DNA of 63,906 bases, the filler included, from Dugesia japonica (lineage: Eukaryota): NCBI GenBank assembly GCA_001938525.1. It is 6 parts of 6 records of this genome, joined end to end, with 100 filler letters (N's around TTAATTAATTAA, not from the genome) between each part and the next. Parts side by side here need not be neighbours in the genome. Positions count along the whole stretch, not along the records: positions 12,833 to 25,974 come from MQRL01525679.1; positions 26,075 to 34,685 come from MQRL01542971.1; 4 more parts are not named here. One strand, given 5' to 3'. This document shows positions 14,979 to 26,810 of the stretch, piece after piece (within the stretch, counting starts at the first letter, position 1; each line of letters starts with the position of its first letter). The translations under genes and the position numbers were made by a program. The notes beneath the pieces were generated by a model. The model made no database searches, was not told the DNA's origin, and worked only from the letters and a program-made list of their open reading frames with translations.

Positions 14979-15165
14979 ACCATTTGTTTGAACCTTTTAT
15001 CATATATTCATGAAACTTCAATTTTTATATTATCATAATATTTTGTGTGTCTAATAAATAATTTCATAAATTATTATTAATTAATAATTAAATTTAAATT
15101 AAATAATTAAAACTAATTAAATTAATTAAAGTTTAAAATAATGAAAACTATTTCTTAAAGTAGTC

Positions 15166-15207
<42 letters not shown>

Positions 15208-15256
15208 TATTACATTACTAAAAAATGATAATTTTAAATAGAAAATAAAAACTTAC

Positions 15257-15609
15257 AATTGATAACCAAATACTAGTCTTGATAATTTGATTCTTTTCAT
15301 CCTTTAATTAAATTTAAATGAAACAAATAATTAAATAAATAAACAAATACTAACAACATCGATTATTTGAGTTAAGGTAGTTCCAAAAAGAACTTCTAAT
15401 GTTTCGCTTTCATTTTTCACAGGCCTTTCCAATGGATTATGAGCGTCATGTCTATTTGGATTCAATAAATCTCCAAGCAATCTTTTTTCATGAGATCCAC
15501 CTATTAAAAAAATTGGTCATTGTAAAAATATCTAAATAAATTAATTACCAATTACGTATCGAACAATTATACTACTGATTAAAATACGCAACCAGATGAA
15601 ATAAATCAT
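15257..15609 (-). CDS. Nicotinic acetylcholine receptor subunit, alpha7-like, exons 1-3 (partial)
   Basis: Exons 15609-15549 (signal peptide MIYFIWLRILISSIIVRYVI), 15500-15355 (GSHEKRLLGDLLNPNRHDAHNPLERPVKNESETLEVLFGTTLTQIIDV) and 15301-15257 (DEKNQIIKTSIWLSI, 45 nt). Introns are 48 and 53 nt, then a GTAAGT donor. Not shown in the ORF track. Confidence 0.92.
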
Positions 15610-16373
15610 TAAAAATTTATATTTGTATTATTTGTTGTTTTATAAAAATATCTTTAGGAAATTTGATATTAAGGAAATTAACAACCACATATAACTGCAC
15701 AATTTCTTGTTTGTGTGATATTGCTTGTGTGTATTATTTTCAGCTATATTTTGTTCACTGGTACAGTATTATAAATATTGATTAGAAGTTTGATTGAAAA
15801 TTTACGGTATTTTTATATTCAATAATAAAATAAAGTTAGAAACTTTTACTTAAAAATATTTCGAATTCCCATAATTTGGATAAATTTTTTTACATGATTT
15901 GCAAGTATTTATTTGATCATTTATATAATTGAAAATGGATAGTTATTATTCGATAAATATTACCAGTTTTATTAACGATTTATTTTAAAATTGAATTAAA
16001 TTCAATAATTTGTCTGATTTTAATTATTCATTGTACTAATTACTAAATCAGTAGCATTAAATTTGATTTCTAACGGTTTAATGTTGAATGACAATTTTTT
16101 TCTAACAAGATGTCTAAAATTTAATAACACTTATATTTTCAATACTACAATAAATCAAAACAAAAGTAGTTTATGCCTATAATTTATTGTAATTAAATTG
16201 ATATGTAAATATTTAAAGTCCATTCATTAAATTTTGTTATCTACAAACCGAGTAAATTTCAAAAAAAAACTGAGAAATTATCAAAAACTATAAATCTAAG
16301 ATCAATATCATTGAAATATAAACAATTAAATTAATAAACACAAAAACACGCCATTTAAATAAATATTTATCAA

Positions 16374-16414
16374 TTGCAACGCATTTCGACAGTATATCTA
16401 TCATCTTCAGGCAA
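16374..16414 (-). ncRNA. Minimal type I hammerhead ribozyme motif (Penelope-type, family B)
   Basis: UUGC-CUGAAGAU-GAUAG(AUAUA)CUGUC-GAAA-UGCG-UU-GCAA: stem I UUGC/GCAA, 5-bp stem II with one G-U pair. Confidence 0.7.
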
Positions 16415-18763
16415 ACTTTTTTAAACTATGAACAGAGTATATATACTAAAGATCCGCATAATGCAATCGACGATGTAACAGTTTCAATAAAATTNNNNNN
16501 NNNNNNNNNNNNNNNNNNNNNNNNNNNNNNNNNNNNNNNNNNNNNNACTTAACCATTTATCGTATTTAAGATTTCATTAAATTAAAAGCTTCGATCAAAT
16601 TGATGTTTTTTTTAATATTTTTTATCCTTGAAGAAGAACATGGTAGAAAATTCGAAATACCAACAACTAAAACATAAAAAACAATATTTTCATCGAAGCT
16701 TTTAATTTAATAAATATAGACACTCAATAAAGATTTAAAAAACCTGTTAGAACAATAATTTTTGGATCATATGATCGAATAATCAATGCTTCACACATGA
16801 TTCACTTTCAATAATCTCTAAACTTTCTGCATAAAATTTTGATATTATTAATTTTGATCACTGATATACACTGAATATTATGTTCTGCAATATTATTGTG
16901 TCTATTTTAACGATATTGTCTCGGAATTATTTTACAGAGATGACTGGAAGTCTCTCAAATGTATGCGGCATTACATCCATTACACTTATATTTATAAAAT
17001 AGATAAGAAACCAACCCATAAGGAATCTTAGACTTATTAATGAACGCATTAGGAAAATTTACTGAATATTTAAGTAAACTATTTTAAAATATNTAAAACC
17101 CTAATTGATTAAATTAATATATAATAAAACTAATTAAGTAAGATTAAAAAAATAAATATTATTCCTTGTTTCTCCGAAACTAAGCCCTAACCCAAAACCA
17201 AGCTCTAGACCAGGAGTAGAACTGCCAAATTTTTATAGGAACCAATAATAATATAAAAGAACACTTCCTCCCCTCCAACTCTTGCCAAAAGATACCAAGT
17301 GGTGCTAATATTTATATATGTTTTCGTGAAAGAAAATAATTTTTCCTTTAGTGGTTGAAAAATCTTTTGAATCGGATCGATAAATTTTTGTTCTGATTCG
17401 ATCAAATTTGAAATCTATGTACGCAGAATGTATAGCTTCATATTTCGGTGCTATTTTATTTAGCGAATATTCACGAACAACATTTAGCCCTCTACTGCAC
17501 TCTTGCTTAACTGATTTTCATTTTTTCAAATTTAAATCGTTGCTACCGAGGTGGGACCAAAAACTTAGTGCGGAAAGTGCTTCGTTCTCGATATAAACGG
17601 AAGTAGTGCATGTCACTACCTGATGAGTTATCGCGCATTTGCGAAATAATTGTTCCAGTAATTGAATGACATAGATTACTATGATATTTTTTAAGTCGGG
17701 AAAATAAATATTCAAATCAAGAATTTGAAAAAACTTTTTTTGAAATCGCTATACAGGGAAATATTTCCATTACAGTCATCAAATTTTTGCTACCACTGGA
17801 TGGAGAATTAAAAACTATCCATACATTATTTAAAGGACCTAAAGGATTTGTTTTGTTTTAAATGTCGTAATTTTAAATTTTCTATTTTTATCATATTTTT
17901 ACTATTTTATTGTTTTAATTAACTCGTTTAATATACACTTTATGTAAAAAGAATTAGTAATTCTGATCTAATATATTCAACTAAGGTATCATTGAATAGG
18001 TAATGGGATTACGGAGTTTTCTGTGATATTTAGAAAAAATCGATAAATGAATATTAAAATCGATAATTATCAAAAACTTGTACAGAGAAATTTCTCGTTA
18101 CAACTATGAATTTTTTTATACTAATGGATAGAGAATCAAAAACTGTCGATACATTGTCTTAAGAACAAGTATTGATTTATTTTGTTTTAATGAAGTCATT
18201 TTTAAAATAAAATAGGTGCACTATATAGGTGTCTTAGGCAATAAAATTTACATATTTCTATAAAATTTTTGTATATTTTTAAGAAAATAGTAGATTTTTT
18301 TTATAACTTTATGAACTCAGTACATATTAAAACTTATGTATTGAGATTATTGTATATTTTAATGAAATTACTTTGAAGTTAGAGTATATTTATTGACGTT
18401 TTATGTAAATATATTAAAAGTCTGTGTCTTAAAGAAAATTGTACACGAATTAAAAAATTATTTTGAATTAGTCTTAATGTATAAATGTTCAAATTTAATG
18501 TATATTTGATGAAATTGTATGTTTTGGATATGTTGATGGACTTTATGTATATTTGTTAATGAAATTGATATTTACAAAAATAGCATATACATTTTATTGA
18601 ATTAAGTTGCTTGCAGTCAGACTTCAGAATCAAAATAGTGTATATTACTTATAAATTTATGCATATTTCTCAATAAATTATTGTATATTTTATTGAGATT
18701 GATATATTTAATGACGTTTAAATAAAATTTGGTTGCGTGAAATCATTTATGGAACTTACTTAA

Positions 18764-19008
18764 TCCTACAGTTCAGGTTGATTCATATATGCATCACCAT
18801 CTTTTTTTACACCTAGCTTTGTATTTAAAGCATTTTGGTGTGGTAAATGCATGACATTGCAAATATGAATCATCCAGGCAACATAATGGCATACCATAGA
18901 CAACATGTAACCTAAAAATTCTACCAGTATGTGTCATTTCGTCGAACGTGTGTCGGGTGGCGGACGTTATATTTTTTTTAAAAAACAAAAAAATCATGCA
19001 CTGTAGGG
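18764..19008. mobile_element. piggyBac-type MITE (245 bp)
   Basis: TTAA on both sides; imperfect TIRs TCCTACAGTTCAGG / CATGCACTGTAGGG. Confidence 0.7.
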
Positions 19009-19849
19009 TTAAGAAATTTTATGTATGAACCTTTGATATATTACTTACTAAAATCACGTTTTTTTGTATGTTATAATGAAATTTAATTATACTTTTATGA
19101 AATCATTCCGATCGATATGAGTATGTGTGTATTTTTCTATCCCTTTGTAAGTGTGTGTCAGTATGTAATACATACATGATTAATCATACAAACAATAGGA
19201 ATACAATACAAATACCAGCAGTCAGTCTATCTAAAAGAAAATATTTTACTTTTTTAAAAAAAAATTATTATGTTCAAAAATATACGTTATTACACTTTAT
19301 ATTCTAGTTACTTATTTTAAAATCTTAGTCGCTGAGCAGAGAGGACTCAGACTTTTTTAAAAGGGGTAACTGAAATAATATTTGGTTTACTATCTATACT
19401 AGTGAGATACATGCATTATACATGAAAAAATTTACAAAATTTTCCATTAATTTATAAAATTAAATAAATTTATAAAAAGTTTCCATAAAAATAAATATAC
19501 TTAAATAAAAATATATAATTTATTAATTATTTGTAAAATCTAATAGTTCGATAAATAATAAAATCGCACAAGTTTGATAAAAAAAATTTATGTTAATCGA
19601 TAAATTTGTATCTATCTAATACATTCCGCAAAGGTAAAAAATATAAAAATATTTACAAAAGATAGAAATGTTCATCATAAAAATATTTAGAAAAAACATA
19701 AATGTTAATCTAATAATAATTTCAAGATAATTAAACAGTTGTTAATAAATCATAGATTGATTTTGGGTGTATTTTTTGAAGGCTTGATGGATTTATTGGT
19801 TTTGAAATTCCAACAGCTGTGCGCACGTCTGCAAAGCAAGATTTAATCG

Positions 19850-19927
19850 AACAAAACTGTTTTTCAAAAACCGTGTTAAAGCGAAACCCTGTTAAGCGAG
19901 TATCGTGTTAAGCGCGGGATGGGTGTA
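19850..19927. mobile_element. pogo/Tigger-like terminal fragment
   Basis: Three GTTAA(A)GCG subterminal repeats ending in ...GGGTGTA. Confidence 0.4.
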
Positions 19928-20699
19928 TTTATCTCATATTTTTATTTTTATAGTTATGTTTAATTTTTAAGTTATCCTATTTTATCTTCATTTTAAAATT
20001 ATAATCCATTAATTTTGATTTTGTTTCGCTGTATTTTGGTGTCACTAACAATTTTTGTCTTATTCTAAATTGTACCAATGTCTTATTCTGAGTTTTGCTT
20101 TATTTGTAAACTTTGGTTTGGCTTCTTAGTCATTTTGATGAATTTAGATGAATTTATGTCTTTTTTAGAATAATAGTTTTTTTATTTTGATCGAAGCTTT
20201 CTATTTATTTTAATGAAATAGTTTTTATAATCTTTTTTTGGTTTAGTTTTTTTCTTACTAATTTCGGTCAATGTTGATCTCCATTCTCGATATTGTCATA
20301 GTTAATATAGTTTCATTTGTTTTTCGATTTTCACTAGAATTTTAATTTATATATATAACATTATTCATGTTTCTGGATCTACTGAATCGATCTTAGGGGC
20401 CTAAGATCTTATTTTTGCACACAATGAACAGTTTCCAATCTCACAAGAACGATCGACACTGTTGCTGTTAAAACATTTAATATCTTTAATTGGAACATTT
20501 CAATCCAAAACCTTATTACTGGCTCTCATATTAGTCACTCGAAATCTCTCTCTTCTGTTTTTTATATCTCTAAATATCATGACAATCATCTATATCAGGT
20601 CTGCTATCTTCTTTTTAGTCCATGTACTTAATCTGTCAAGTCATATGATGTTATAATTGTCTCAGATTTTCTTTACTCTTGACAAATATACCCAACTAG

Positions 20700-23060
20700 A
20701 CAAAATGATAAATTACGAATTTAGTAATGACCTCAACACGGAAAAATGGCAAGAAATAGAAATCGTAAAAAAGAAAATAATTGAGCTTAAATAGCCATGA
20801 AACAGATTTTTCAAAGTATCCAGTTCAAAAGATCAAATAAGAAATAAAACGTTATAATTACAATGGGAAAGGTCATATTGTCCGAAATTGTAACAAATCA
20901 TGACTATGCAGGAACTGTAACCAATTTGGACATAGACCTCAATTTTCTTAAGTGGCAAAAATGATTCAATGTTCAGAAAAAAGCTTTTCAAAGATTTGAA
21001 GAAACGAATGACAATGCAAGTATTTAATATGATGAAGCCAGTGGCGATTAAGAGCAAAAATCTGAATATAACAAAGAATTTTTCAAAATTGTTTGCAAAA
21101 TAAAAAACTAAAAGATAATACGCTGGAGTTCAAGTTCAAGGTCTTCACGTATTGTGGTTGTTCAAAAGAAATCCGGAGACATTAAGTTATGTTTAGACTC
21201 TACAAAATTAAACCCAGTTACTAACAGACCTATAAATGCTATTTTTGATAACCATCAGTTGTTTGATTCACTTGCGGGATACAGATTCTTTAGTGCTTTT
21301 GATTTATCTATTAGTTATTACAATGTAGAAATAGATGACAAAGACAGAGGAAAAACAGATTTTGCTACACAAAAAGGTTAGTATGAATTTAATTACATGT
21401 CGTTTATACTGTGTGGAGTACCAGTGACTTTTCAAAAATTAATGCATTTGGTTCTCAAAAAACAAAACTTTAATAAATGCTTAATATATCTAGATGACAT
21501 TTTGATTTTCGGTAAAAGTATAGAGGAACACAATGAAAGACTTAAAACTGTGTGAGAAAAGATACGGCCGTTGAGAATTAAGTTCTTTCCAAAGAAATGC
21601 GTTTTTTGAAAACGACAGTAAAATATCTNGGTCACATAATATCACGCGAAGGAGTGACAACTGATCCAGAAAAAAATAGTGCAGTAAAGAATTGGAGTAT
21701 TCCAAACCAAATGAAGAACTATCAAGTTTTATAGGGTTTTGCAATTATTACAAAAGATATTTTTGGAAATATGCCAATATTGTTAAACCTCTAGAATATT
21801 TTTAAAGATGCAAGTATCGTGAGAAACAAAAAGAGGTAGATTTAAAATGGGAAGAATTTCATAAGGAATCTTTCGACAATTTGAAACATGCTCTCACAAG
21901 CACACCAGTTTTATCGTTACTAAATAGGGATATTTTTTTATTTGATACAAGTGCTTGTCATTTTGAAATAGAAGCAGTTTTAAGTCACATTCAAGATTAC
22001 GAAGAAAAGGTAATATGCAATGGATCTAAGAAATTTTTGAATGCAAAAAAAATGTATTGTATCACCCTGAAAGAACTTATAGCGGTTTATTACTTTGTGA
22101 ATAAATACAAGCATTATTTATTGGGAAAAAACTATTTATTTGCACAGATCATAAGAGTTTAACATGGATTTTGAATTGGGTAAAACCAAATACATCACAG
22201 TACTGCTTCTGGTTTGATGAACTAAATGCGTATGATTTTGAAATTCAGCATCAAATATTAAAATTACACACAAATACCGATGCACTTTCCAAAGAATTTC
22301 AATGCGAATAATGAGAAATAAAACTCTTTGACCAAAAAGCTAGACAAAATGTCAAAGTGTCAAAATCCAACAAGTGCGATTCAGATAATGAAGGTTATCG
22401 ACAAGTCAATGAATTAAAAGATACTTATAAAGAGTATGATGCAAAGAAAATAAATGACATTTTCAATTATTTTCACGGTCGATCTGGCCCTCAAAACCCT
22501 AAACAAACTTTGAATATATTTAAGGAATCATCTGTTTTTTCTAGATATATAGCGTTAATACCATCGAAGTTTATTTCTACAAAGACAGTTACTGAACTAA
22601 GATTTGGAAGATGATTAAAGTGCTTTAGAATTCCAAGGATAATTCATTCTGATAATGGCACATATTTTAGATCATGTATCAGAGCAATTCATTTTGTTGA
22701 ATTAAATATTAGATCATCAAATTAGAAAAAACGTGAAGTATCACATTTTGAAATTGTATTTGGGAAAAAGATGAATTTGAAACCAGATATTTTGATGGCA
22801 AATGGATTGGAAAGATGGATTTTCAGAATAACTTTTAAAAACAAAAGGAATAGAATTACATAAATGATAAGAAAGATTTCAGAAGAAATTAAAGTAGAAA
22901 GTAAGTACACTACAGAAAAGATTAGGTAATAGTAGAAACAGAAGAGAGAGGGTTACTTAAAAAAGATATACGGGCCGTTGAAGAGCAAATTTTACACTAA
23001 TTATAATTTAAAATTAGATGATGAAATAAAAGTAATTCGTCGAAATCTTCACTATTAAAC
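20700..23060 (+). mobile_element. Decayed Ty3/gypsy LTR retrotransposon (gag knuckles, RT, RNase H, integrase fragment)
   Basis: GHIVRNC and CRNCNQFGH knuckles at ~20850-20940; RT VVVQKKSGDIKLCLD, FSAFDL and YLDDILIFG; RNase H LFDTSAC...YCITLKELIAV; integrase IIHSDNG at ~22640; many stops and frameshifts. Confidence 0.9.
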
Positions 23061-23902
23061 TATTCAGTGAAGAATTCAGAAATTAAAAAGAAACTGTTGA
23101 CAAATCAATCATTAGTAACACATGTTCAACACTTAACACCAGTGATGTAAACACTGCTGTTATAGACAACTCAGAACAATATTCAAGCGATATGCAACGA
23201 GTGAATGGAAGCCAAATCTTAAAAGAACGAGTATTTTGATTTATTTGTTTTAATAATATTAAAATTTTATGTAATTTAAATAAACTTTAGTGAATTAAAT
23301 GNTTCGCAACAACAAATATACTAATAAACAATATCCTAGTTGTAAACCAGTCAATATTATTAATAATTTTAGAGATTACATGGGGAGTTACGTCAGGCAA
23401 TGATGATTTTTTTAATAATTAATTAAATTTGCATGAGAAATTAATTCATCATACAACCAGAAAGTTAATTAATTAAACCTTTTAAATGAATTTTAAAAAA
23501 TATTCGTGAATATGGNATTTATTTTGTCGAAACATGAGTTTAAATTTATTCATTAGTAATTTTTATTGTATAATTATTTGCCATATTAGACTGTAAACGT
23601 TTGCTTCGGTTTTAGTAATTGATAGCCTAAAATGATTGAATGTGTTTCAAATATTATTATTTGCTTGTTTGAATTTGGATTTACGCATTATATTATGCAT
23701 GATTTGGCCGCATTTTTGTCGAACAAGGAAATTAACAGAAATTTAATAAAATTAAGAATTTATTGTAAGAAAAGATGAAAAATAAAATTATATCTTTAAA
23801 ATTTGCATAATAAATTAAAATATATAAAATTTAAATAAAATTTGATTATTTAATATAATAAATCGATTATTGCATAGATACCAACAAGACCTATATTTAT
23901 TA

Positions 23903-25382
23903 ATGAGAGAAATTGTTTATGTCCAAGTCGGTCAATGTGGAAACCAAATGGGAACTAAAGTAGATACTTTATTTGTGAATGAAATTATCTAAATTCTAAA
24001 TAATATTTAACTCAGTTTTGGGAAATTATGTCTGATGAACATGGACTTGATCCTAGAGGCCTTTATAGAGGTGAATCTGATTTGCAATTAGAGAGAATAA
24101 ATGTTTATTACACGGAAGCAACTGGTGAAAACGTTTTCTTTTGTAAAAAATTTTAAAAACATTCTAGGAGGGAAATTTGTGCCGAGAGCTATTCTAACTG
24201 ATTTAGAACCATCAACAATGGAAACATTACGTGGTAGTCCATATGGGCAACTGTTTAGGCCGGATAATTTTATATGGGGTCAACGAGGGTCATCAAATAA
24301 TTGGGCTAAAGGTCATTATACTGAAGGTGCCGAGTTACTGGAGTCAGTAATGGATGTTCTACGAAAAGAAGCAGAAGGCTGTGATTGTTTACAAGGTTTT
24401 CAACTTGCTCACTCTATTGGTGGTGGTTGTGGAGGAGGCATGGGAACATTATTATTACAAAGAATTAAAGATGAATATCCTGATAGAATTAGCATTACAT
24501 TTTCGGTTTATCCATCGCCAAAGGTAAGATATATATACATATATATGAATGTGATTCTTTTTACTAGGTGTCAGATGTAGTAGTTGAACCATATAATGCT
24601 GTTTTATCAATTCATTTAATGCTGGATTATTCAGACGAAACAGTTGTTATCGACAATGAAGCTCTTTTCGATATCTGTCAAAATACTTTAAAAATTGCAC
24701 CATCTTATGGTGATCTAAACCATTTAATATCTGCAACAATGGGTGGTGTAACAACATGTTTCAGATTTCCTGGTCAATTAAATGCTGATCTTCGAAAATT
24801 AGCTGTTAATATGGTTCCTTTTCCAAGACTACATTTTTTCATGCCAGGATTTGTACCATTAACATCTCGAGGTAATCAGCCGTACAAAAATATTAGTGTT
24901 CCCTCATTGGTTCAGCAAATGTATGATGCAAAAAACATGATGGCAGCATGTGATCCGAGAAATGGAAAATATCTTACTTGTTCCGGAATTTTTAGAGGTC
25001 GAATGAGCATGAGAGTAAGTAATATTTATCACAAACATGATATATCATTGAATAATAGGAAGTTGAAGAACAACAATGGAATATTCAGAATAAAAATTCA
25101 CGCTATTTCGTTGAATGGATTCCAAATAATATTAAAACTGCTGTATGTGATATTCCACCAAGAGGTATGAAAATGGCAGCCACATTTCTTGGTAATACAA
25201 CTGCTCTTCAATGGGTATTTAAAAGAATTGGTGAACAATTCTCTGCTATGTATAGAAGAAGAGCTTTTTTACATTGGTACACAGGAGAAGGAATGGATGA
25301 ATCAGAATTCCCAGAAGCAGAATCAAATATGAATGACTTGATTAGTGAATATCAACAATATCAAGATGCCACAGTAGACTAG
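23903..25382 (+). CDS. TUBB: Divergent beta-tubulin, 5 exons, 430 aa, no acidic C-terminal tail
   Basis: Exons 23903-23959, 24016-24124, 24168-24523, 24568-25014, 25059-25382 (introns 56, 43, 44, 44 nt; 1293 nt, open frame). MREI start, [52 protein letters not shown]; ends [10 protein letters not shown]; AATAAA at ~25442. Confidence 0.95.
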
Positions 25383-25974
25383 AGACTTAATAGATAATCA
25401 TCAAACATTAACAAAAAGATATTTTTCTGTACTTCGGCATCAATAAATGTTACAACGATTTTATTTTATTATTTTAAACTGATATAGAAAATCTTCTTTT
25501 AAATTTCATGAAAATTTATAACAAATTCATAAATGTGGAGAATTGAAAAATGCATAACACATTGCACACATGCAACATAACAAAAACAGAGAAAGCAGCT
25601 CAATAATCAATTAAAACATTACAATAGGAGAACAGTTCAATCAATCGAAGCAGGTGATCAGATCAAATCTCCTGACAATTTTATTTTAATTTGTTGACAG
25701 TTATCAAATCTCCTGACAATTTTTATTTTNNNNNNNNNNNNNNNNNNNNNNNNNNNNNNNNNNNNNNNNNNNNNNNNNNNNNNNNNNNNNNNNNNNNNNN
25801 NNNNNNNNNNNNNNTTGACAATTTTATTTTAATTGCCGATTGAATGCATCGAATTTATTTTTAAAGGTTATTGAATTCATCGAATTTAATTTTTAAAGGC
25901 TATCGTTGATTTAAAGGTTATCATCGATTTAATTGATCTTGTTATTAAAATTTTATGTAAATATTTGATTTAAT

Positions 25975-26074
25975 NNNNNNNNNNNNNNNNNNNNNNNNNN
26001 NNNNNNNNNNNNNNNNNNTTAATTAATTAANNNNNNNNNNNNNNNNNNNNNNNNNNNNNNNNNNNNNNNNNNNN
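25975..26074. other. Artificial scaffold spacer
   Basis: N44-TTAATTAATTAA-N44. Confidence 0.95.
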
Positions 26075-26413
26075 CTGATTTTATTGTGTAATTCGTTGAA
26101 CAAATATTCCAGCTCCGAGGCTATCCAAACTTTCTCACTGGAGACACTTGTCGATGATTTATCATCGATTGGAACTTCTAGATCTTCTTCTTCTTTCATT
26201 TATTCTGTCTAAATGAGAAATATTTATAATTATTATGTAATAATTGATAATTATATAATAAAATAAAAATAATTACCAAATAGCTTAAAATGTTATTTAA
26301 ATTTAAAAAATTGTTAATAATTAAAAAATTGTTATTTAAATTTTGAAATTAAATAAACAAGCAATAATTACTGAATTCTTTAAATTTAAGCTTTTCTATT
26401 TATTTATAAAGAA

Positions 26414-26810
26414 TTACGTTATTAATGGATTTAATTGCTCCATTCCTATACAAAAACAATTGTTACATAATTTTCAATTTTAAAAAAACTTTATTAAGAG
26501 AAATAATCATACCAAATTGAATAACGAAATTCTTATTAGTTTCTGTTTCAGAGTAAATTCTATTCATTGGAAATTTCATAAGTTGTTCTGGAATGTCGCC
26601 AAGTCTAACCTGAACCTCATTATTACGAAAAAATCCCAAAAGAGTAACCTAAAATATAATTAAACAATTTGAAAATTTTATAAATTAAAATTAAAAATTT
26701 TGATATTAAAAATTAACAATTAATTAAACTAACTGGGTAGCACTCACTGGAACCGCCTATTCCTCCAACTTTTATAACAATAGACATTCGTAAAATAAAT
26801 TTCAAATTTT
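26414..26810 (-). CDS. Probable 3' exons of an unidentified spliced gene
   Basis: Phase-consistent GT-AG exons 26810-26734 (NLKFILRMSIVIKVGGIGGSSECYP), 26648-26513 (VTLLGFFRNNEVQVRLGDIPEQLMKFPMNRIYSETETNKNFVIQF) and 26445-26414 (GMEQLNPLIT*). No family recognised. Confidence 0.4.

Noticed and set aside
17180-17205. CCCTAACCC telomere-like sequence
   Set aside because: Only one or two degenerate units; insufficient to call.
17620-17660. CTGATGAG...CGAAA hammerhead-like core
   Set aside because: Stem II and stem I do not pair convincingly and there is no valid cleavage triplet.
24101-25382. Three separate tubulin ORFs as a frameshifted pseudogene
   Set aside because: Every break corresponds to a 43-56 nt GT-AG intron and the spliced frame is open.
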